Shown here: positions 49,283-55,421 of the stretch, piece after piece | Layout: each line of letters starts with the position of its first letter | Position numbering within the stretch: position 1 is the stretch's first letter | Assembly (NCBI GenBank): GCA_040387555.1 | Contig: JAZKDO010000009.1 | Location: forward strand, 17,191-81,190 | Reading direction: 5' to 3' | Source of the DNA: Bacteroidota bacterium | Lineage (GTDB): Bacteria > Bacteroidota > Bacteroidia > B-17B0 > Aurantibacillaceae | Length of the DNA stretch: 64,000 nucleotides | Notes under the pieces: generated by a model | What the model was told of the DNA's origin: nothing | The model's input: the letters and a program-made list of their open reading frames with translations, nothing else | Databases searched by the model: none | Program-made: the position numbers and the translations under genes

Positions 49283-49864
49283 ATGAAACATCTAAGCATT
49301 ATATTTCTATTAATTATGGCAGGCAAACTTTCATTTGCTTGTCAATGCCCTATAACCGAATTAACAGACAAGGAGCTTGCTAAATATGATATAATTTTTA
49401 GAGGAAACATAAATTCTATAAAACTTGATAAACAAAATAGTCAGGCTATTTTTACGATCAGTGAGCTATACAAAGGATTACTTGCGCAGGATTTTAAGAT
49501 TTTGTTTAATAATGACGATGTTTGCAAACTGGAATTAAGGGTAGGTGATGAATGGCTCATTTATACAAACTATCACCAGATCGATAATGCTAAACTTGAT
49601 TTTTGCAGCCGAAGCCGGAAGTTCTTTGTGAATATCAAAGAGGATTTTTTTGCAGAGACCACAGGAATCTCTTATGATGAGGAAATACGCTATTTACAAA
49701 CCAATTTAGGAATACATAAGTTGATGAAAGAAAATCCAAATAAAGTGGAGAACAGAAATTCATTACCCTCCAGTAATCAATCTGTTGTCTTAATTATTTG
49801 CTCTATTCTCGGACTGATCTTTTTCTATTTACTCATCAATAAACTTTTTAAAAAGTTTAGTTAA
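49283..49864 (+). CDS. C-terminally membrane-anchored protein with TIMP/NTR-like N-terminal domain (tentative)
   Basis: Signal peptide ...KLSFA|CQC would expose an N-terminal C-x-C. The downstream motifs YDIIFRG, LYKG, DDVC, EWLI and DFC line up with the TIMP N-domain pattern as I recall it. C-terminal TM helix VVLIICSILGLIFFYLLI. Confidence 0.4.
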   Translation: MKHLSIIFLLIMAGKLSFACQCPITELTDKELAKYDIIFRGNINSIKLDKQNSQAIFTISELYKGLLAQDFKILFNNDDVCKLELRVGDEWLIYTNYHQIDNAKLDFCSRSRKFFVNIKEDFFAETTGISYDEEIRYLQTNLGIHKLMKENPNKVENRNSLPSSNQSVVLIICSILGLIFFYLLINKLFKKFS

Positions 49865-49875
49865 TACAGACCCAA

Positions 49876-50511
49876 ATGAAAGTGCAGTTACATAAAGCTC
49901 ATCCCTGGCATGGTATCTCCATCGGCGAAAAATGCCCTGAGATCATTACTTCTTTTATTGAAATGGTTCCGGCCGATCATGTTAAATATGAAATTGATAA
50001 AGCATCAGGTTACCGTAAAGTCGACCGGCCTCAGAAATTTTCCAATATCATTCCTGCACTTTATGGTTTTGTGCCTCAAACCTATTGTGGTGAATTAGTT
50101 GCTGAACGAGCCAACGAAAGAACAAACCGCAAAGACATTATCGGTGATGGAGATCCTTTGGATATCTGTGTGTTAACCGAACGTAATATAACCAGTGGTG
50201 ATATCATTGTAGAAGCTATTCCCATTGGTGGTTTTCGGATGATAGACAAGAATGAGGCAGACGATAAGATCATTGCGGTGATGGCTAAGGATGAAATTTA
50301 CAGTAAATGGAAAGATATCCTGGATTGCCCTGAGCCATTGATCAATCGATTACGCCATTACTTCTTAACATATAAAAATATACCGGGAGAATCAACCGCT
50401 ATTGTAGAGATTACAGAAACTTATGGTAGAGAAGAAGCACATGAAGTGATCCGCCGTAGTGTGAAAGATTATGATAAACTATACAGATCATTCATGGATC
50501 TGGGTATGTAA
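49876..50511 (+). CDS. ppa: Inorganic pyrophosphatase (family I, long form)
   Basis: DGDPLD and IGGFRMIDKNEADDKIIAV motifs, 211 aa. Confidence 0.8.
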   Translation: MKVQLHKAHPWHGISIGEKCPEIITSFIEMVPADHVKYEIDKASGYRKVDRPQKFSNIIPALYGFVPQTYCGELVAERANERTNRKDIIGDGDPLDICVLTERNITSGDIIVEAIPIGGFRMIDKNEADDKIIAVMAKDEIYSKWKDILDCPEPLINRLRHYFLTYKNIPGESTAIVEITETYGREEAHEVIRRSVKDYDKLYRSFMDLGM

Positions 50512-50671
50512 GAGCAGTATCTTTAGTTTTTTATCAGATTGATAAAAGATTTTTTTAGATAGGTTTTTTGTCTTAATAATACGAAGCTACACCTCATTTA
50601 TGTAATTTGGGAAATAGCGACGATGCTAAGCACGCACATTTTTAATTATATTTATACATCTAATTTTTAGT

Positions 50672-51355
50672 ATGAAATACCTTGCTTTTTTCTCTTTGTT
50701 GGTTTGGCACTTAACTTCTTTTGCGCAGAAGTCTGTAAACCACAGACTGGTATTTCATCCCATGTTTGGGGATTCGGTTTTAAAAGAGGCGACCTATTAT
50801 CAAATCAACAGTAACGATAGTATACAAATAACTGCTTTAAAGTTTTACATTTCCGGTCTTGAACTTTCGTATCAACATAAAACTGTTTGGAAAGAAAAAA
50901 ACAGCTATCATCTTATGGATGCTTTTCAGGAAGGAAGTTTAACCCTGCCTTTACCATTACCTGCGAAATTAAAATATGACCGTGTTAAATTTAACTTAGG
51001 TATTGATAGTGTAACCAGCGTGTCCGGAGTAATGGGTGGCGATCTGGATCCAACCAAAGGAATGTATTGGACCTGGCAAAGTGGCTATATTAATTTTAAG
51101 CTGGAGGGTAACAGCAATTTATGCAAAACCCGCAATACCGAATTTCAATTTCATTTAGGGGGGTATCAGTTTCCGCATAATAACCTGCAATCTATTTTTA
51201 TGGATATGCCTCATCAAAAATTAGATGTGGTCATCGATATAAAAAAAATGGTAGGTGATTTGCCACTCACACAAATGCACCATATCATGTCGCCGGGAAA
51301 TGAAGCGATGCTTTTAACGGAAACAGTGATCAATGCCATGAGGGCTAAAAAATGA
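50672..51355 (+). CDS. MbnP-like periplasmic (copper-binding) protein
   Basis: Signal peptide, LKFYISGLEL and DPTKGMYWTWQSGYINFKLEG motifs as I recall for the MbnP family. ATGA overlap with the following di-haem peroxidase gene. Confidence 0.55.
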   Translation: MKYLAFFSLLVWHLTSFAQKSVNHRLVFHPMFGDSVLKEATYYQINSNDSIQITALKFYISGLELSYQHKTVWKEKNSYHLMDAFQEGSLTLPLPLPAKLKYDRVKFNLGIDSVTSVSGVMGGDLDPTKGMYWTWQSGYINFKLEGNSNLCKTRNTEFQFHLGGYQFPHNNLQSIFMDMPHQKLDVVIDIKKMVGDLPLTQMHHIMSPGNEAMLLTETVINAMRAKK

Positions 51356-52359
51356 AACAAAAATTTTTTATAGGATTTTTTTTGTGTGTTACCTTATGTG
51401 CCTTCCATGTAATAGATACTAAATTGTTTGTTTCTCCTGAAAACTGGCCTAAACCAAGTTACGATTTTACACAAAATCCTTTAACCTTTGAAAGCGTTCA
51501 GTTAGGCCGGCACTTATTTTACGATCCCATTCTGTCAAAAAACAATAAGATTTCCTGTGCCAGTTGTCATTCTCAATACACGGCCTTTACCCATGTGGAC
51601 CATAATTTAAGCCATGGTATCGATGATCGGATTGGCGTTAGAAATTCACCGGCTTTGATGAATCTTGCGTGGCATACATCTTTTATGTGGGATGGTGCGG
51701 TTAACCATTTGGATGTACAGGCATTAGCTCCGATTAGTCACCCGGATGAGATGGGGGAGAGTATTCAACAGGTAGTTACTAAATTAGGTCAGTCTGAAAA
51801 ATACAAAAAGTTATTCTATAAAGCTTATGGAGATAGGGTTATCACAGGTGAGCGTACTTTGAAAACCATTTCTCAATTCATGCTCACCTTAGTGAGCGCC
51901 AACTCAAAATATGACAGTGTGATGCGAAAGCAAAAACAATTTACAACACAAGAAAAAAGAGGATATGCCTTATTTCAAAAAAATTGTAATACCTGCCATA
52001 CCGAACCTTTATTTACAAACCTGCAATTTGAGAATAACGGCTTGTCCGTTGACACGACTTTAAATGATTTCGGTAGGATGAAGATTACTAAAAACAATTC
52101 CGATTCATTAAAATTTAAAGTACCTACGTTACGTAACGTTGAGTTTTCTTATCCTTACATGCATGATGGCAGGTTTAAAACGTTATCCCAGGTACTGAAA
52201 CATTATACCAATGGCGTTCATCAAAGTGAAACATTAGCGAAATCGTTAGATGCACCGATTGTGTTATCTTCCAACGATAAAGTGGATTTGGTAGCGTTTC
52301 TATTAACGCTGACTGATAAAAAGTTTTTATTTGATCCAAGATATTCTTTTCCAAAATAA
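51352..52359 (+). CDS. Di-haem cytochrome c peroxidase / MauG-family enzyme (MbnH-like)
   Basis: Two CxxCH motifs (CASCH, CNTCH), 335 aa, translationally coupled to the MbnP-like gene. Confidence 0.7.
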   Translation: MKQKFFIGFFLCVTLCAFHVIDTKLFVSPENWPKPSYDFTQNPLTFESVQLGRHLFYDPILSKNNKISCASCHSQYTAFTHVDHNLSHGIDDRIGVRNSPALMNLAWHTSFMWDGAVNHLDVQALAPISHPDEMGESIQQVVTKLGQSEKYKKLFYKAYGDRVITGERTLKTISQFMLTLVSANSKYDSVMRKQKQFTTQEKRGYALFQKNCNTCHTEPLFTNLQFENNGLSVDTTLNDFGRMKITKNNSDSLKFKVPTLRNVEFSYPYMHDGRFKTLSQVLKHYTNGVHQSETLAKSLDAPIVLSSNDKVDLVAFLLTLTDKKFLFDPRYSFPK

Positions 52360-52452
52360 TTTATTTCGCCTTTAATAACTTTTGGGCGATAGATATTATT
52401 GGTTTACCTAAAAATTTAATTTCAACTCTGCCTTGATATTACCTTTATACTA

Positions 52453-52580
52453 TATAAATTTATTTAGGGGAGTATCATAAGAGCAATCTGCGATTTAACC
52501 CTTATACTTGATCCGGGCCATACCGGTAAAAGAAAAATAAGTGTAACCCTCTCATAGAAATATGAGAGGGTATTTTTTTT
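52453..52580 (+). ncRNA. THI-box-like structured RNA unit, copy 1, with intrinsic terminator
   Basis: Preceded by TACCTTTA (52440-52447).
- P1: 52458-52465 with 52535-52542.
- P2: AGGG (52466-52469) with CCCU (52499-52502).
- P4: CUU with AAG.
- P5: CCGG with CCGG (52513-52526).
- Terminator: CCCUCUCAUA-GAAA-UAUGAGAGGG plus U8. Confidence 0.55.
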
Positions 52581-52813
52581 AGTTCAATAATGAGTCATTG
52601 TGACTAAGTGGGGTGGAAATTTTCTTAAATGGAAGCCGAGAGAAACAAAGTCACACAAGTTTCGAAGTAATTTATAGAATTAAAGAACCGACTCATGATA
52701 TCACGATTACCGTTGTCATATTTTTTACTGTTAATTTTAATTTCCGGCTATCTGTTTAATGGGTTCAACTAAAAATTAAATACCTGGGATTTTACTGATG
52801 TATCTTTACAGTA

Positions 52814-52946
52814 TATTATTTATTTAGGGAATAAGTTCACCAGAGCAATCTTAGACTTACAACCCTCATAACTTAAATCGGGATGAAATCCAATCTAAGA
52901 AAAATAAGTATAACCCTCTTGTAGCAATGCAAGGGGGTATTTTTTT
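52814..52946 (+). ncRNA. THI-box-derived structured RNA unit, copy 2 (most divergent), with intrinsic terminator
   Basis: Preceded by TATCTTTA (52801-52808).
- AGGG with CCCU is retained.
- UAAGU with ACUUA extends the helix.
- The apical hairpin AGA-GCAA-UCU is retained.
- P5 is replaced by GGAU-GAA-AUCC (52881-52891).
- Terminator: CCCUCUUGUA-GCAA-UGCAAGGGGG plus a U-run. Confidence 0.5.
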
Positions 52947-53197
52947 ATATGTATTTTCGTTGTCGATAACGACAGTACGATAATGGTATTTATAATCCAG
53001 GAGAGTAATCTATCACACGGTCACTGTCTAATTATATGTTATAAAGTCTTCTCGATGTCCATAGCAACTACTTCATAGTGTGACATCTTGATTTGTAATT
53101 TTTAATCTTCACTGTTAATTTTAATTTCTGGCTACCGATATCATCGCTTTAACTAATAATAAAAAAAACACTTTAATCTCAGCGTACCTTTATAGTA

Positions 53198-53327
53198 TAT
53201 TATTTATTTAGGGGAGGTTTTGAAAGAGAAATCTGAGAATTAAACCCTTATAACTTGATCCGGACAATACCGGCGAAAGAAAAGTAAGTATAACCCTCTT
53301 GTAGCAATACAAGGGGGTATTTTTTTT
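53198..53327 (+). ncRNA. Near-consensus THI-box (TPP riboswitch-like) aptamer with intrinsic terminator, copy 3
   Basis: Preceded by TACCTTTA (53185-53192).
- P1: 53201-53209 with 53282-53290.
- P2: AGGG with CCCU.
- P3: GGUUUU with GAAAUC.
- J3/2: CUGAGA (53233-53238).
- UAU junction, then P4 CUU with AAG.
- J4/5: GAU.
- P5: CCGG-ACAAUA-CCGG.
- J5/4: CGA.
- Terminator: 11-bp stem with GCAA loop (53293-53318) plus U8. Confidence 0.65.
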
Positions 53328-53496
53328 ATTTAATTTTCATTGTTGCGCAGTTTATGAAATCGTGAAAGAAAATAAAACATTCTTTTAAATATTGAAATCG
53401 TTTGTTTAAGCCTCAACTCTTCAATTTGACCTATCACTTATCCGTCCTTAACTAAAAATTAAAAAAACGGATCATTCCTGATGTACCTTTATAGTA

Positions 53497-53624
53497 TATT
53501 ATTTATTTAGGGAATTTTCAAAAAGTTAGTCTTTAGAAATAACCCTCATAACTTAAATCGGGGAATACCGAAATAAGAAAAATAAGTATAACCCTCTTGT
53601 AGCAATACAAGGGGGTATTTTTTT
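53497..53624 (+). ncRNA. THI-box-derived structured RNA unit, copy 4, with intrinsic terminator
   Basis: Preceded by TACCTTTA (53484-53491).
- P1: 53500-53508 with 53580-53588.
- P2: AGGG with CCCU.
- P4: CUU with AAG.
- P5: UCGG-GGAAUA-CCGA.
- J3/2 is altered to CUUUAGA, J4/5 to AAA and J5/4 to AAU.
- The terminator is identical to copy 3. Confidence 0.5.
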
Positions 53625-53728
53625 GAGTAAACGCATCCATTCATCTCAACATTGTTCCTATTCACCTAGTTAATTTTTTAATCCAGCATTCAAATTCTAT
53701 TTTTATATTTAATAAACATAAAAAACGA

Positions 53729-55102
53729 ATGCATATGATAAAAAAAATAGCAACAATGGTTCTGGTTTCTGGCAGCGCAATGGTAATAGCACAAACAAAT
53801 CCTGCCATCTCCTCATGGTTAAGAAATACTACCGGCATTACAGGTAGGCATTATGTATCGGGAAATTCTACTGCCATCACTGATGCTACGTTATCAGCAA
53901 ATGTTCAAACGGTAAAATATTCTGCAAATTATGTATACGTAAGTACCCAGGGAATTCCTGCTTATATCACCGGACCTTTTCTGGATGGTAATCCATCCCT
54001 GGCAACAAATCAGAATGCTATTTTTAAATTTCCATTAAGTCCTGCTCAAAATACCGGAACGCCCACAGCTACATCCGGAGGAAACATTGGTGTATTTATA
54101 AATGGTGTTGCTTTATTTGATTACCGCGATGGTGTTTCATGGAAAAATTCAACCAGTGCAATGGCCGGTGGCCCTTTAGGTGGCTCCGGTGATGGTGTCT
54201 GGAACCGGGATGCAATTGTAGCGGAAAAGGCAGGATTTGATTGTTCAAAAGGACATCCGGCGATGGGAAATTATCATCACCATCAAAATCCAAGCGCTTA
54301 TAATTTGGATAGAGTGGTAATCTCTAACATTTGTAATTTATATGTCGCAGATGGTTTGTATGCAATCGACAGTACTCAACATTCTCCTTTACTAGGTTAT
54401 GCCTATGATGGTTTTCCGATTTATGGTGCTTATGCCTACAAAAATTCAAACGGCACCGGTGGGATTGTAAGAATGAAATCCAGTTTCAGTTTAAGAAACA
54501 TTACAGTTAGAAATACATATTACACTGGTACTTCTGTTACAGCTGGACCAAATGTAAGTAGTACTTATCCATTAGGAACATTCAGAGAAGACTATCAATA
54601 CAATACCACATCAACCCTTACTCCTGAATATCTGGACGATCATAATGGACGCTTTTGTGTAACACCGGAATATCCGGCAGGTATTTATTGTTATTTCGCA
54701 ACGGTGGATCAAAATTGGAATTCAGCATATCCATATGCTGTTGGGCCAACTTTTTACGGAACAAAAGTAGCTGTGAAAGTGACATCAATAACTGAAACGG
54801 TGACTAGCTACACAGGAACTTCCACCGGAACTGGTGAATCAGAAAAAGAAAATTTTAGTATGTTAGTATATCCAAATCCGGCAAGTGACTTAGTGGCCAT
54901 TCAGTTAAATAATATAACAAAAGATAACCTGAGCGTGGAATTGTTTGATATTACTGGAAAGCTAGTTCAAAAAACAATGATATACCAAGGGAGCACCATC
55001 GCTTATTTTGATACAAGAACGCTTTATAGCGGAGAGTACATCATTAGAATCCATCAAGGCACCATGACGCAGACTAAGAAAATTCTGATCGAAAAACAAT
55101 AA
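53729..55102 (+). CDS. YHYH-domain secreted protein with T9SS type A C-terminal sorting domain
   Basis: Signal peptide, GNYHHHQNP, GYAYDGFPIYG and DDHNGRF motifs typical of the YHYH family. The CTD reads VYPNPASDLVAIQL...SGEYIIRI. Confidence 0.6.
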   Translation: MHMIKKIATMVLVSGSAMVIAQTNPAISSWLRNTTGITGRHYVSGNSTAITDATLSANVQTVKYSANYVYVSTQGIPAYITGPFLDGNPSLATNQNAIFKFPLSPAQNTGTPTATSGGNIGVFINGVALFDYRDGVSWKNSTSAMAGGPLGGSGDGVWNRDAIVAEKAGFDCSKGHPAMGNYHHHQNPSAYNLDRVVISNICNLYVADGLYAIDSTQHSPLLGYAYDGFPIYGAYAYKNSNGTGGIVRMKSSFSLRNITVRNTYYTGTSVTAGPNVSSTYPLGTFREDYQYNTTSTLTPEYLDDHNGRFCVTPEYPAGIYCYFATVDQNWNSAYPYAVGPTFYGTKVAVKVTSITETVTSYTGTSTGTGESEKENFSMLVYPNPASDLVAIQLNNITKDNLSVELFDITGKLVQKTMIYQGSTIAYFDTRTLYSGEYIIRIHQGTMTQTKKILIEKQ

Positions 55103-55122
55103 TTTAATTTAAAGGAATAACA

Positions 55123-55149
55123 AGCCCGCTTTGTAAAGAGCGGGTTTTT
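55123..55149 (+). terminator. Intrinsic terminator after the YHYH gene
   Basis: agcccgct-ttgtaa-agagcggg followed by T5. Confidence 0.7.
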
Positions 55150-55319
55150 GCATTAATCGGCAGAGATAAGTGAAAAAAGCTTTTTTCTGCTACGTTTAAT
55201 CTTTTCAGCATGATGGCTCTGCCTTTATATATTCAAATTTAGACTTTTCATTCCAATTTTTTATATAAAGAAAAATAATCCGTTTTAATTTGTGACTTGA
55301 CTTAATAAAAGGAAACTTT

Positions 55320-55327
55320 TATATTTG
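55320..55327 (+). promoter_or_regulatory. -7 box TATATTTG
   Basis: Exact TAnnTTTG match upstream of the second TPR-PP2C gene. Confidence 0.4.
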
Positions 55328-55421
55328 AACAGATCGTTTTAAATTGTCATAAATCCAAAATACAATTACACCTTTGCAGCAGGTTCATATTTGTTCCCAG
55401 TATAAAATAAAAAGGGTTTTC

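Noticed and set aside
52411-52422. The CTAAAAATTAAA-like motif upstream of each RNA unit resembles the A-rich tail of preQ1-I riboswitches
   Set aside because: There is no adjacent preQ1-type hairpin. The motif lies upstream of the promoter-like box and is simple AT-rich sequence. It is more likely an UP-element-like or duplicated flank.
52693-52770. 25-codon hydrophobic mini-ORF (MISRLPLSYFLLLILISGYLFNGFN) in spacer 1 of the RNA array
   Set aside because: The homologous nucleotide block in spacer 2 (53111-53150) has a stop codon just upstream in that frame and no start codon. Spacer 3 lacks the block altogether. The conservation is therefore at the nucleotide level, not at the coding level.
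52360-53728. Possible CRISPR array, because of the regularly spaced repeats
   Set aside because: The repeat unit is ~130 nt with internal multi-helix structure and its own U-tract terminator. The spacing is 299-384 nt and variable, the repeats are only ~70-90% identical, and I recognised no cas genes. None of this fits CRISPR.
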